DNA of 64,000 nt, taken from positions 6,856-70,855 of the forward strand of contig CAZHEY010000006.1 of assembly GCA_964532025.1 (NCBI GenBank), given 5' to 3'. The translations under genes and the position numbers were made by a program. Shown piece after piece: positions 1 through 10,406 of this stretch (position 1 is the first letter of the stretch; the number at the start of each line of letters is the position of its first letter). The DNA is from an uncultured Alistipes sp. Its GTDB lineage: Bacteria; Bacteroidota; Bacteroidia; Bacteroidales; Rikenellaceae. The notes under the pieces are model-generated. The model was not told the DNA's origin. It made no database searches and saw only the letters and a list, made by a program, of their open reading frames with translations.

Positions 1-1
1 G

Positions 2-391
2 GTTCGCGCCATACTTCCCCGAGAAATTGTAGCGTTGTTTCCACACATCGGTTGTCGACCAAGTTTTTTCGCCCGATTTGACATACTGCTCATGGTAGGT
101 AAGGTACTCCTCCGGCGAGATATAGGGAACCATATTCGAGTCGATCTGAATAAACGACATCTTCTCCAACACATCGTCCGCGCCACTTCCCGTCGAACCA
201 TAGAGAGCATCTACTTCCGACGCATTCATCACACGCGTGAAGCGTTGATCTTCGTCGCCATACGCATGCGGCATCACAAACGTCACATCGACGCCGTTGC
301 GTGCCAGCCCACGTGTCATTCCGTAACAGGCTGTACCTAAACCGCCCGCAATATGGGGAGGAAATTCCCAGCCAAACATTAAGACTCTCAT
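2..391 (-). CDS. Glycosyltransferase family 4 (glycogen synthase-like), 5' part only; runs off the left edge
   Basis: My own minus-strand translation from ATG at 391 reads MRVLMFGWEFPPHIAGGLGTACYGMTRGLA, a typical GT4 N-terminus. It lies downstream of the debranching enzyme and is absent from the ORF track because it is truncated. Confidence 0.85.
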   Translation of the reverse strand, partial: MRVLMFGWEFPPHIAGGLGTACYGMTRGLARNGVDVTFVMPHAYGDEDQRFTRVMNASEVDALYGSTGSGADDVLEKMSFIQIDSNMVPYISPEEYLTYHEQYVKSGEKTWSTTDVWKQRYNFSGKYGAN

Positions 392-486
392 ATCGCTATT
401 TTAAGTTTACAATTATTATCCCATTTCGAAGCCTCCACCCCACGCAGCGTCGCCGCAGTCGGGATTCGAGCCATCCGAAACTCACT

Positions 487-2556
487 CTATTTAACCGACT
501 TGGCTTTCGTCGCTGCCGGTTTTTTCGCAGCTGCCGGTTTCTTTGCAGCCGCAGTTTTTTTTGCAACTGCCGGTTTGGCTTTCGCCGTCGTTGCTTTTTT
601 TGCCACCGTGCCTTGCGGCTTTGCGGCTACTTTTCGTTCGTCAACCATGCCGTTGATTTCCAACGCCGCAGCGACACTCCAAGCCTGCGAAATTGCCCCT
701 CGCGGAGCAAACGGAGGATCGGCATCGTACAACTCGGCGATTGAACCGATGCCGTAGGATTGAATGTCGTCCTCGAATCCGGCAAGAGCCTCCTCGGCCT
801 GCGGCAGGAAAGCCGCGCCGTCCATATCGAAGCAGGCTTGCACGTAGAAGGTTAGCAACCACGGCCATACCGAACCGTTCTTCGCCGCCAAATCGCGTTC
901 GGCGGGAGTTCCCTCCTGCGAGCCTTTGTAATTCGGATTCCGGGGCGAAAGCGAACGCAATCCCTTGGGAGTCAACAGATGCTGACGCACCGTGCGGATC
1001 ACCTCCAGCCGAAGTTCGTCGCCGATTATCTTATACGGAAGCCCACAGGCCAAAATCATATTGGGACGGATCGAGCGATTGACGCCCTCCGCACCCACGT
1101 AGTCGGCCAAATAGCCTTCGTCGAGCCGGAAGAGTGCGTCGAATGCGGCAGCCGTCTGCGCCGGGAGAGCCTCCCATGCAGCCACGAAGGCTTTGTCACC
1201 GGATTCGCGAGCCAGCTCCAACGCATAGCATACGGCATTATACCACAAGGCATTGACCTCAACCTGATAGCCATTGCGCGGCGTTACTGCCACCCCGTCG
1301 ACGCGCGAATCCATCCACGTCAGCGGCCGCTCGTCCGACGAGGCCCAGATCAGGCCGTTGTCGTTCAGCACCACCCGACCGGCCACGCCGCGGCGGTAGC
1401 TCTCGAGAAGTTGCTTCATCGCCGCGCCATAACGTTTCCAGACCGCCTTACCGCCGATCTGTGCGCCGAGCCGCTGCAATGTCCAGAAGAACCAGAGGGG
1501 CGCATCAACCGCCACAGCCGCCGATGCCGAGCCGGAGAACATCCCGTCGTGCATCGCGCGAACCTGCGTATCGAGTGCATCCATGCAATCCTCCTTGTGG
1601 TTCTGCCGCAAGGTGATGCCCGGAAGCGAGATAAAGGTCTGTCGTCCCGACTCTCCGTGCCACGGATAGCCGGCAACCACCTCGGTGCATCCGCCCGGAC
1701 GGCGGATCAGGAACTGCCGCGCGGCATGCTCCAGACAGCTCACGAAGTCCACCTTATGGGTACGGCGAGCTATCGAGCCGCCAAAAACCTCTTCGATGGT
1801 CTTGGTCGAACCCATCTCGTCGAGCGATGCCGAGAAGATGATGCTCTCACCCTTTTTCAGTTCGGTTTCGAAATAACCGGTAGTCATCAGATCCTCATGC
1901 CCCTCGTATCCGCGAGCCAACTCCTGCTGATACTCGAAATTGTAGTACCAATCGGGGGCAGGCACAAACTCCACATCGGGCTTGCTGGTCTGCAAATAGA
2001 GCCACGGGAACGACCCGTAGAGTCGGCATTTCACGCCGTTCACTGCCGGATAGGAGTGCCCGTCGGCCTCCATGTTGGCATGCGTAAGCGCATGCTTGTT
2101 GCGGAAAGCGAGGAACGGACGCAGGCGCAACCGGGTTTCGGAGTGGGCATCGACGAGCGTATAACGGATCATCAACTGCGTGCGTTTGTGAATCCACAGC
2201 ATCTCCTTCTTCAGAATCACCCCACCCACACGATACGTGATCGTCGGGGTCGGGGTATACCCGAAGTCGGTAATATATTTGTGTCCGCGCGGTTCGTAAG
2301 CACCCTGAAAACGGTGCAGCGCCAGATTGAACGACTGATCGTGCTGGATGATCGTTTCGTCGAGCGACGAGAGCAGTACGTAAGTCTGGCCGCTGTCGTC
2401 GATCGGAGCTACCATCAATCCGTGGTAACGTCGGGTATTGCAGCAGACGATCGTCGTACTCATATATCCGCCGATACGGTCTGTTGCAAGCATTTCGCGT
2501 TGGAGCGAATACTCCAAGTTTCCTAATTCGCTTTTGTCAAAGGTTAGTGCTGACAT
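487..2556 (-). CDS. Glycogen debranching enzyme (amylo-alpha-1,6-glucosidase) with Lys/Ala/Pro-rich C-terminal tail
   Basis: N-terminal TRRYHGLMVA motif; VVAGYPW, LTWMD, VEVNALWYNA, IAELYD and SQAWSVA motifs; glycogen-cluster context. Confidence 0.9.
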   Translation of the reverse strand: MSALTFDKSELGNLEYSLQREMLATDRIGGYMSTTIVCCNTRRYHGLMVAPIDDSGQTYVLLSSLDETIIQHDQSFNLALHRFQGAYEPRGHKYITDFGYTPTPTITYRVGGVILKKEMLWIHKRTQLMIRYTLVDAHSETRLRLRPFLAFRNKHALTHANMEADGHSYPAVNGVKCRLYGSFPWLYLQTSKPDVEFVPAPDWYYNFEYQQELARGYEGHEDLMTTGYFETELKKGESIIFSASLDEMGSTKTIEEVFGGSIARRTHKVDFVSCLEHAARQFLIRRPGGCTEVVAGYPWHGESGRQTFISLPGITLRQNHKEDCMDALDTQVRAMHDGMFSGSASAAVAVDAPLWFFWTLQRLGAQIGGKAVWKRYGAAMKQLLESYRRGVAGRVVLNDNGLIWASSDERPLTWMDSRVDGVAVTPRNGYQVEVNALWYNAVCYALELARESGDKAFVAAWEALPAQTAAAFDALFRLDEGYLADYVGAEGVNRSIRPNMILACGLPYKIIGDELRLEVIRTVRQHLLTPKGLRSLSPRNPNYKGSQEGTPAERDLAAKNGSVWPWLLTFYVQACFDMDGAAFLPQAEEALAGFEDDIQSYGIGSIAELYDADPPFAPRGAISQAWSVAAALEINGMVDERKVAAKPQGTVAKKATTAKAKPAVAKKTAAAKKPAAAKKPAATKAKSVK

Positions 2557-2666
2557 GATTTCCTTATCTATCCGGTTCGTCCTATAAAGATACTAAAAAT
2601 TACAAATCAAAGCAATCTTATTTCTGAAAAATCACATTTTTCAGCTTTTATATGCTTCCGATTTAA

Positions 2667-5600
2667 CTACGCCCACTTCACCAGCGCGAAATCCATGCGG
2701 TGCGGCAACAGGGGGTTCGAGGGGTACACACGCAGTGCCACATCGAATGTTCCGGCCTCCTCGGGCACGAAATCGAGGGCATAGGTCTCCAGCGAGCCGT
2801 CGGTTTTGGTACGCACAAGCGGAATCGTCCGCGTGACGTTGACGCTCTGCCCTCCGACAATCTGGCCGGCAATGACCATCTCGACTCCGATATCCTCGGG
2901 TTGGAGGTTGGCAATGTCGATCGTCACCTCGAAATGGTAGTTCGACCCGACGCACACGGCACTCTTGTCGATCTGAATCCGCTGCACGTCTACCACACGC
3001 ACCTTGTCCCACGCCGCCGAAACCTTGCGTTTCCACGCTGCGATCTCGCGGGCGGTCTGGTAGGCATCGGCCGTCAACGTGCGTTTGCGCGCTGCGAGCT
3101 TGTTGTAGAAACGCTCCTCGTAGTCGATCAGCATGCGGTTGGTCGTGAAGTTCGACGCGATCTCGGCCACACATTTCTTCACCGAAGCCACCCATTCGTG
3201 GGGGATGTTCTCCTTGTCGCGGTTGTAGTATTTCGGCACGATCTGCTCTTCGATCGTGTTGTATATCAGCTCGGCATCGAGTTCGTCCTGATAGTGCTGG
3301 TCGGCAAACGTGCGCTCCATAGGCAGCATCCAACCCGCACCCTCTTTGTAGCCCTCGACCCACCAGCCGTCGAGTACCGAGAACTGCATCACGCCGTTCA
3401 TCACGCACTTCTCACCCGATGTTCCCGAAGCCTCCAACGGCCGCGTCGGGGTGTTGAGCCAGACATCGACTCCCTGCACCATGCGGCGCGCCAGCTCCAT
3501 GTCGTAGTTCTGGAGGAAGACGATCTTCCCGACAAATTGCGGCATGGCCGACACTTCGACAATGCGCTTGATCAGATCCTGCCCCGGCTTGTCGTTCGGA
3601 TGCGCCTTGCCGGCGAAGATGAACTGCACGGGACGCTCCTTGTTGTTGACGATTGCCGACAACCGATCGAGGTTCGTAAAGAGCAGGTAAGCTCGCTTGT
3701 AGGTTGCGAAACGACGGGCAAAACCAATCGTCAGCACCTCCGGCTTGATGCCGTCGATCACCTGCAACATCTGGCGCGGCGAGTCGAGCCGCACCTGATT
3801 CGGATCGCTGTAACGGCGGCGAATATGGCCGATGAGCTTGCGTTTGAGCTTCATGCGCTCCTCCCAAAGTTCGTCATCGGGGATATTGCAGACCTTCTGC
3901 CATGCCGGAATGTCGTAGACGTGGCCTTCGAATCCGTCGGCGAAGTAGCGGGCATAGAGGCGGCGCAGCGAGGTGGCAACCCACGTCGGGAAGTGCACGC
4001 CATTGGTGACGTAGCCGATATGCAGCTCGTTCTTGAAGTAGCCCGGCCACATATTGCCCAGAATCTCCTTCGACACCTCACCGTGAAGCCACGACACTCC
4101 GTTGACCTCCTGCGAGAGGTTGCAGGCCAACACCGACATCGAGAACTTCTCGTTCGGATCGTTGGGGTTCGTGCGTCCGAGGTTGATATACTGTTCCCAT
4201 GTGATTCCGAGCACATCGGGATAGTGCGACATGTATTGGCGGATCATCGACTCGGGGAAGGCGTCGTGACCGGCCGGCACAGGGGTGTGGGTCGTGAAGA
4301 GCGACGAGCAACGGATCACCTCCAGAGCCTCCGAGAACGAGAGCTTCTTGCGGCTTACCAGCTCGCGAATCCGCTCCACGCCGATGAAGGCCGCATGGCC
4401 CTCGTTGCAGTGGAACACCTCGTGTTTGATTCCCAATTTACGCAGGGCGCGGATACCGCCAATACCCAGCAGGATCTCCTGCTTGAGGCGATTCTCCCAG
4501 TCGCCGCCGTAGAGGTAGTGCGTGATCTGACGATCCTCCTCCAAGTTATCCTCGAAGTCGGCATCGAGCAGGAAGAGATCCGTGCGGCCGACCTGACATT
4601 TCCAAACACGCGCCGAGAGGGTGCGTCCGGGGAAGGCGATGGTGACGGTCACCCAGCCTCCGGCCTCATCGCGCACGGGCGAAATCGGCAGCTTATAGAA
4701 GTTCTGCGCCTCGTAGGTGGCCTCCTGTGCCCCCTGCGCCGAAAGACGCTGCGTGAAGTAACCGTAACGGTAGAGCAGCCCCACGGCCGCCATAGGAACA
4801 TTCTTATCCGATGCCTCCTTGAGGTAGTCACCGGCCAGAATGCCCAATCCGCCCGAATAGATCTTCAGCGACGAATGCAGACCGTATTCCATCGAGAAAT
4901 AGGAGACCGTCGTCGTCTTCGGATCGGGTTTTTCGTTCATATATTCGCGGAACTGCGTATAGACCGCATCCATTTGTGCCAGAAATTCGGCATCCTGCTC
5001 CAGCTCTTTCATCCGCTCGACGCTCAGCTTATCGAGCAGCGCAATCGGATTGCGTTCGCACTCCGTCCACAACGCCTGATCGATCGACTCGAACAGGTCG
5101 CGCGCACCGGGATTCCAGCACCACCAGAGGTTGCGCGACAGCTCCTCGAGGGCATGCAGCCGCTTCGAAAGGGTCTTGTCGATCATCATCCGATTCCACG
5201 TCGGTTTCTCGACAAAGAGCTGCTGACGCACGAAGTTGATCTGCTCGGTTTTCGAGCCTCCCTCGTCGAGCACCGCCCGATTGGTACGCATGACCGAACT
5301 CTCGACCGCCTCCGAATAAGCCTGCTCGTAGGCAGCATAGAGGTGCTCCCAGAGAGCCGTTGCCGCAATTTCGTTGGCCGAAGCGCGCAATTCGCTGACC
5401 CGCTTTTCGTCCAGCGCACTGAAGCGCAGCAGATTTTCGGCTATACGCTCCGCAACCTCGGCATCGTTGAAATCGTCGCGGTGAATCACCTCAACACCGG
5501 CATGCTCACGCTGCTTGTCGACCCACAGGCCGAAACCGGCAAGCGTCGTGGTGACGGTCGGCACGGAGAAAGCCACCGACTCCAGCGGCGTATAGCCCCA

Positions 5601-6917
5601 CGGCTCGTAATAGGAGGGGAATACGGTGACATCCATACCCACCAACAACTCGTAGTAGTCTTTATTGAAGATGCCGTCGGCCTTATTCAGGTAGGTCGGC
5701 ACGAAGATCACCTTCACCTTCGACTCGGGCGAGGTGAGGATGCTTCCCTTCAGGGCATTGACGATCGGATCCCACGTCTGGTTTTCGAGGAGGTGGGTCG
5801 AATATTTGTATTGCGAAGCATCAATGGGTTTCGACGCATCGGCCAGATGAGCCTGCAAATCGAGCCGCGGGCCGCGATTGCCGGCCGGCACGGTGATGTA
5901 GGCCAGTACGTCGCGCTTGAGGCGATCCGAGGCCGCCAACTTCTTCAGCGATTCGATAAACAGGTCGATTCCCTTGTTGCGGAACTCGTAGCGGCCGCTC
6001 GTCCCGACGATCAGCGGATCGGTCGGAAACTTCTCGCCCAGACACGCTTCGGCCACCGAGATCATCGCCCGTCGAGCCTCGTCGCGCTTGGTGTAATACT
6101 CCTCGCCCGACCACACGAAGTCGTTCTCGAAACCGTTGGGCGTGATGCCGTCCGGCTCGCGTCCGAGCAGGAATTTACATTCGTTGGCCGTGATGTCGCT
6201 GACAGTCAGGAACGCATCGTGATAGGTCGCCGCCATCTTCTCGATCGAGTGCTTGGCCATGACGTTAAACCGGCGTGCCAGTTCGTCGGCGTTGAATTTG
6301 GTCAGATCGTTGTAGAGCGGCAGGTGATTCCCGGCGATGCAGCGACCGGCCACCGTGGCGTGCGTGGTGAAAAGTGTCGCCACGTAGGGGGCATATTTGC
6401 GTAGATAGAGTCCGCCTGCGGCCGTCATCCATTCGTGGAAATGAGCGGCAATCTTATCGGTCGGCGCACAGAACGTCTTGACATAGGAGGCGATCACCTG
6501 TCCGGCGGCATGGCCGAACAACACCGACTCGACATAATCCCACTGACCCGAGATCGAATCCACGTGGTACTCCTCCCAGAGTTTTCCGAGGATCTCGTCC
6601 TTGCGCGGGATGAGCGACGAAAAATCGACCAGAATTGCCACCGGCTCGCCCTTGATTTTCCAATGGCCGACCCGAATGCGGATTCCCTCATTGTAGACCG
6701 ACTGACGCCATGCTTTGAGCAGGTTGGGGTCCTCCTCGAATTCGGGATTTACCCCCTCACGCGAGAGATCCGGGCCGATCAGCAGGTAGTGTTCGCCGAA
6801 CGTCCGCAGGGCGGTCTGCGCCTTGGTCGAGATCACGGTGTGGATGCCACCTACTTTGTTACACACCTCCCAACTCACCTCAAACAGGAAGTCGGGAGTT
6901 AATTTTGCATTACCCAT
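2667..6917 (-). CDS. Fused glycogen synthase (GT3) / alpha-glucan phosphorylase (GT35)
   Basis: N-half has FEVSWEVCNKVGGIHTV and FPSYYEPWGYTP (GT3). C-half has YFSMEYG, YSGGLGILAGD, RRFATYKR and EASGTSGEK (GT35). Start placed at ATG 6917 (MGNAK). Confidence 0.92.
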   Translation of the reverse strand: MGNAKLTPDFLFEVSWEVCNKVGGIHTVISTKAQTALRTFGEHYLLIGPDLSREGVNPEFEEDPNLLKAWRQSVYNEGIRIRVGHWKIKGEPVAILVDFSSLIPRKDEILGKLWEEYHVDSISGQWDYVESVLFGHAAGQVIASYVKTFCAPTDKIAAHFHEWMTAAGGLYLRKYAPYVATLFTTHATVAGRCIAGNHLPLYNDLTKFNADELARRFNVMAKHSIEKMAATYHDAFLTVSDITANECKFLLGREPDGITPNGFENDFVWSGEEYYTKRDEARRAMISVAEACLGEKFPTDPLIVGTSGRYEFRNKGIDLFIESLKKLAASDRLKRDVLAYITVPAGNRGPRLDLQAHLADASKPIDASQYKYSTHLLENQTWDPIVNALKGSILTSPESKVKVIFVPTYLNKADGIFNKDYYELLVGMDVTVFPSYYEPWGYTPLESVAFSVPTVTTTLAGFGLWVDKQREHAGVEVIHRDDFNDAEVAERIAENLLRFSALDEKRVSELRASANEIAATALWEHLYAAYEQAYSEAVESSVMRTNRAVLDEGGSKTEQINFVRQQLFVEKPTWNRMMIDKTLSKRLHALEELSRNLWWCWNPGARDLFESIDQALWTECERNPIALLDKLSVERMKELEQDAEFLAQMDAVYTQFREYMNEKPDPKTTTVSYFSMEYGLHSSLKIYSGGLGILAGDYLKEASDKNVPMAAVGLLYRYGYFTQRLSAQGAQEATYEAQNFYKLPISPVRDEAGGWVTVTIAFPGRTLSARVWKCQVGRTDLFLLDADFEDNLEEDRQITHYLYGGDWENRLKQEILLGIGGIRALRKLGIKHEVFHCNEGHAAFIGVERIRELVSRKKLSFSEALEVIRCSSLFTTHTPVPAGHDAFPESMIRQYMSHYPDVLGITWEQYINLGRTNPNDPNEKFSMSVLACNLSQEVNGVSWLHGEVSKEILGNMWPGYFKNELHIGYVTNGVHFPTWVATSLRRLYARYFADGFEGHVYDIPAWQKVCNIPDDELWEERMKLKRKLIGHIRRRYSDPNQVRLDSPRQMLQVIDGIKPEVLTIGFARRFATYKRAYLLFTNLDRLSAIVNNKERPVQFIFAGKAHPNDKPGQDLIKRIVEVSAMPQFVGKIVFLQNYDMELARRMVQGVDVWLNTPTRPLEASGTSGEKCVMNGVMQFSVLDGWWVEGYKEGAGWMLPMERTFADQHYQDELDAELIYNTIEEQIVPKYYNRDKENIPHEWVASVKKCVAEIASNFTTNRMLIDYEERFYNKLAARKRTLTADAYQTAREIAAWKRKVSAAWDKVRVVDVQRIQIDKSAVCVGSNYHFEVTIDIANLQPEDIGVEMVIAGQIVGGQSVNVTRTIPLVRTKTDGSLETYALDFVPEEAGTFDVALRVYPSNPLLPHRMDFALVKWA

Positions 6918-7063
6918 CTTTATCTTTATTTGTAATTTTCGAAGAAACGATTTGTTCGGCCGCAAAGGTAACACTTATATTTAGGACAAACAATTCGAAT
7001 CCATATTAGTAAAAAAATTTAATAATAACTTAACATTTCAATTCCATTTAGTTGCGTTTGCGC

Positions 7064-8176
7064 TTACGTTTCGAATAGGGTCTCGATCACCGCATCGCAG
7101 AGCAACATCCGCTCAATAGGAATGGCCATACGCCCCTGTGCGAGGGTCACCACCTGCGCATCGACCCACCGAGTGGCCGCAGCGTGCAGCACGGCAAGGC
7201 GTTGCGATCCGAAACGGCACTCAAAATCAGCAAGGTCGATCCCCTCGACCGTCCGCAGGCGCGTCAGCAGGTATTCGTTGCAACAATCGCGCACGGATAG
7301 CTGCTCGCTTTCGGCAGCCTTGCCGCACAAATACTCCTCGACCGAGCTGACGTTCCAATGGCGTTCACGACCGTCGAACGAATGGGCGGCAGGCCCGATT
7401 CCGAGGTATTTCACCCCATGCCAATAGGCCGCATTATGCCGCGCGCGGAAGCCCGGCAGGGCGTAGTTCGAGATCTCGTAGTGGTCGAATCCCGCCGCAG
7501 CGAGCCGACGGTGTACGCTCGCATACTCCTGCTCGCTCACCGACTCCTCGACCGGCGTGAATTGCCCCTGCGCAGCCATTCGGCCGAAGCGGGTATTCGG
7601 TTCGACGGTCAAATGATATGCCGAAACATGTTGCACGCCCAAAGAAACGGCTCGATCGAGCGAACGCTCCAACTTTTCGCCGCCGAAGCCCGGCACTCCG
7701 AAGATCAGGTCGATCGTGATATTATCGAATCCGGCCTGCTGAGCTGCCTGCACCGCCGCCACAGCCTGCGCCGCCGTATGCCGCCGGTTCATCAGCCGCA
7801 AGCAGTCGTCGTCGAACGACTGAATGCCGATCGACAAGCGATTGACACCGCAGTCACGCACCGCAGTCAGGTATTCGGGTGTCAGGTCGTCGGGATTCGC
7901 CTCAAGGGTCGTCTCCTCGACCGCCGAGCAATCGAACAGCGCAGCCGCGTGCGAAATCAGCCGGCCAACCTCCTGCGGCTGAAGCAGCGAAGGCGTCCCG
8001 CCACCGAAGTAACGCGTCGTGACCGGCTCGTCGCCCAAGTAATCACGCCGCAGATCGAGTTCGCGAAGCATGGCATCGAGCACCTCCGGCAAACGACGCC
8101 GGTCGGCACTTTTATAGAAGTCGCAATAGGCGCAGATGCGCTTACAAAAGGGGATGTGAAAATAGATTCCGGCCAT
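7064..8176 (-). CDS. hemW: Radical SAM heme chaperone HemW (HemN-like)
   Basis: YFHIPFCKRICAYCDF CxxxCxxC motif, GGGTPS, YEISNY and HNAAYW (HNxxYW signature). Confidence 0.88.
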   Translation of the reverse strand: MAGIYFHIPFCKRICAYCDFYKSADRRRLPEVLDAMLRELDLRRDYLGDEPVTTRYFGGGTPSLLQPQEVGRLISHAAALFDCSAVEETTLEANPDDLTPEYLTAVRDCGVNRLSIGIQSFDDDCLRLMNRRHTAAQAVAAVQAAQQAGFDNITIDLIFGVPGFGGEKLERSLDRAVSLGVQHVSAYHLTVEPNTRFGRMAAQGQFTPVEESVSEQEYASVHRRLAAAGFDHYEISNYALPGFRARHNAAYWHGVKYLGIGPAAHSFDGRERHWNVSSVEEYLCGKAAESEQLSVRDCCNEYLLTRLRTVEGIDLADFECRFGSQRLAVLHAAATRWVDAQVVTLAQGRMAIPIERMLLCDAVIETLFET

Positions 8177-8230
8177 AGGTTACCAAAGATACGAAAAAAT
8201 CTGATATTACCTCCGGAAAAACGGCACTTT

Positions 8231-9358
8231 CTACTTCTCGGCCGATTTTTTTGCTCGTTGGCGCACCCCGCCCAACCAGAAGCCCAAAGCAAATGGGCCT
8301 CCGATGAGGATAGTTAGCGTCAATACGAGGTAAAGTAGCACCTTCCCGATCAGCCCCGGGACGGCATCAATGGCTGTTTGAAGCAAATCATCAGCCGAAG
8401 CTCGAAGCTCCGAGACCAAGACTTCGCGTTCGGAAGTGACATAGCCTTGCAGCGCACTACGCTGGTGATCGAGCCCCTCGAAGGCGTTGTCGACAGCCTG
8501 ATTCATCGTGCGGATGAGCTGCGAAGCCTGCGCATTGAGTTCACTGAGCACCGCGTCCGAGATTTCGGGCAGGTGCTCGGCCACGACGACCATACGCGAG
8601 AAATTGCGGTCTAACGAATCGAGCTGTGCGCGCAGTTCCGAGCGCAGACTATCCTGCTGAAACTGCATCTCCAACAGGTCTTTCGACCAACTGATCGTAT
8701 TGGAAAATTGGCGGGTCTGCCCACTCACGCGGTCGTTGACATCGGCCAGCACTTCGGCGATCGAGCCGGTTGCATATTCGTGTTCAAGCCCGTTGCGTTG
8801 CAGGTATTCGAGCCACGCAAGGGTGGTATTCGCGTCCTCATCGCCCTCCGAGAGGGGATTCGCCGCGACATAATCGGCAACAAAGCGTTTCATCAGCTCG
8901 TAGCGGCTGTCCGAAAGCAGGTTCTGCGCCAGACGCACCACCCGGCCATCGAGTCGATCGGCAGCCCGTCGGGCAATGTCGCTCTGCGCGCCAAAGAGCA
9001 GCGAATCGGGCAGCCCTTCGAAGGTCGTCTGCATCCGCCGGCACAAGATCCACAGGTCGGAGAGTGCCACATCGGGGATGTCCTGCATCACGGCCGAGAT
9101 ACCGGCTCGCGTTGTCCGGATTTTCCACCGCACAGCGGCCATACGCACCGCCGGACGATCCGAAGCTGCGACGATCGAATCGGCCGCGCGTTCGACCTCG
9201 GCGGCCAGATCGTAGTAAAAACCACGCGTCATCACGCGCGCATTCATCGCCTCCTTCGAGAGCGGATCTCCCGTAGCCACAGCCACTTTCAGCAGCGAGC
9301 AGCCCGCGCACACAGCAAGGGCTACAAGGGCAACGCCCCATTTCAAAATTCCATTCAT
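8231..9358 (-). CDS. Hypothetical helical lipoprotein with C-terminal transmembrane segment
   Basis: Signal peptide with lipobox CAGC, coiled-coil-like middle, hydrophobic C-terminal stretch followed by basic residues. Confidence 0.7.
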   Translation of the reverse strand: MNGILKWGVALVALAVCAGCSLLKVAVATGDPLSKEAMNARVMTRGFYYDLAAEVERAADSIVAASDRPAVRMAAVRWKIRTTRAGISAVMQDIPDVALSDLWILCRRMQTTFEGLPDSLLFGAQSDIARRAADRLDGRVVRLAQNLLSDSRYELMKRFVADYVAANPLSEGDEDANTTLAWLEYLQRNGLEHEYATGSIAEVLADVNDRVSGQTRQFSNTISWSKDLLEMQFQQDSLRSELRAQLDSLDRNFSRMVVVAEHLPEISDAVLSELNAQASQLIRTMNQAVDNAFEGLDHQRSALQGYVTSEREVLVSELRASADDLLQTAIDAVPGLIGKVLLYLVLTLTILIGGPFALGFWLGGVRQRAKKSAEK

Positions 9359-9655
9359 CGGTCTGTTTCTCCTCTAACGGGCAAGATTTATGCCCGAATC
9401 AATCGATCCGTTTTCTGTGCTTCGGAATCGCCGTCAAAGGGCGGGATCACCCCACCCCGACGCCACCCGGCTCAAGCCGTCCGCCCACCGCATCGCGATC
9501 GTTTTCGATCGACCGGCGGCCGTACATTGTCGGCGGTCGCGCCATCGAAAAGCCGGCGGCGCAGGCTCAAAGCAGAAAGATGCGTTCCGATTTGGTGATA
9601 AAGATAGGTAAAATCCGGCAAAAATACTATCTTTGCATCCAATAGATTTCATGAT

Positions 9656-10324
9656 ATGAAAATAGCTTGTCTGCAATTCAATCCGATACAGGAAAACACC
9701 TATGTCCTCTGGGACGAAAGCGGCGAGTGCATCGTGATCGACGCCGGAAATTCCTCGCCGCGCGAGGATGCCGCACTCGATAACTTCATCGCCGAGCACA
9801 ACCTCAAACCCGTTCTGGCCGCCAATACCCACGGCCACTTCGACCACACGCTGGGCGTAGAGCACCTCCGCCAGCGTTACGCGATTCCCTTTGCCCTCTC
9901 GGCCAAAGATCAGTTTCTGCTGGACAACGCCCAGACCAGCGGCTCGATCTTCGGCGTCAAGGTCGGCAGCATGCCCACAATCGGCACCGATCTGGAGTCG
10001 ATCGAAGAGATTCGATTCGGGAAGAGCGTCCTGCGCATCCTGCGCACACCGGGTCATACTCCCGGCCACGTGGCATTCTTCGAACCGGAGTCGAAGGCAC
10101 TCTTCACGGGCGACACCCTGTTCCGCGAGAGCATCGGCCGCACGGATCTTCCCGGCGGCGACTACTCCTGGATCATGCGTTCGATCCTCGACGAGCTGCT
10201 TCCGTTGGGCGACGACGTACACGTCTATCCCGGTCACGGCCCGGAGTCGACAATCGGCCACGAGGTACTGTATAATCCGTTTATTGTCGAGGTGTTGAAT
10301 GAACAGGTGAATTACAAGAATTGA
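9656..10324 (+). CDS. MBL-fold metallo-hydrolase (glyoxalase II/YcbL-like)
   Basis: THGHFDH, TPGHTPG, GDTLF and PGHG motifs. Confidence 0.9.
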   Translation: MKIACLQFNPIQENTYVLWDESGECIVIDAGNSSPREDAALDNFIAEHNLKPVLAANTHGHFDHTLGVEHLRQRYAIPFALSAKDQFLLDNAQTSGSIFGVKVGSMPTIGTDLESIEEIRFGKSVLRILRTPGHTPGHVAFFEPESKALFTGDTLFRESIGRTDLPGGDYSWIMRSILDELLPLGDDVHVYPGHGPESTIGHEVLYNPFIVEVLNEQVNYKN

Positions 10325-10406
10325 GAAAGCCGATGCCTTTACGTTCCTTTGAATTCGGGAGCGGCGTGCGACGTTACGATTCACATCTCGTAAATACTAC
10401 CTATTG

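Noticed and set aside
35-340. 101-aa plus-strand ORF at the left edge
   Set aside because: The real gene is the truncated GT4 on the minus strand.
2700-6404. 1234-aa plus-strand ORF
   Set aside because: Antisense shadow of the GT3-GT35 gene, expected with GC-rich codon bias; no recognisable motifs.
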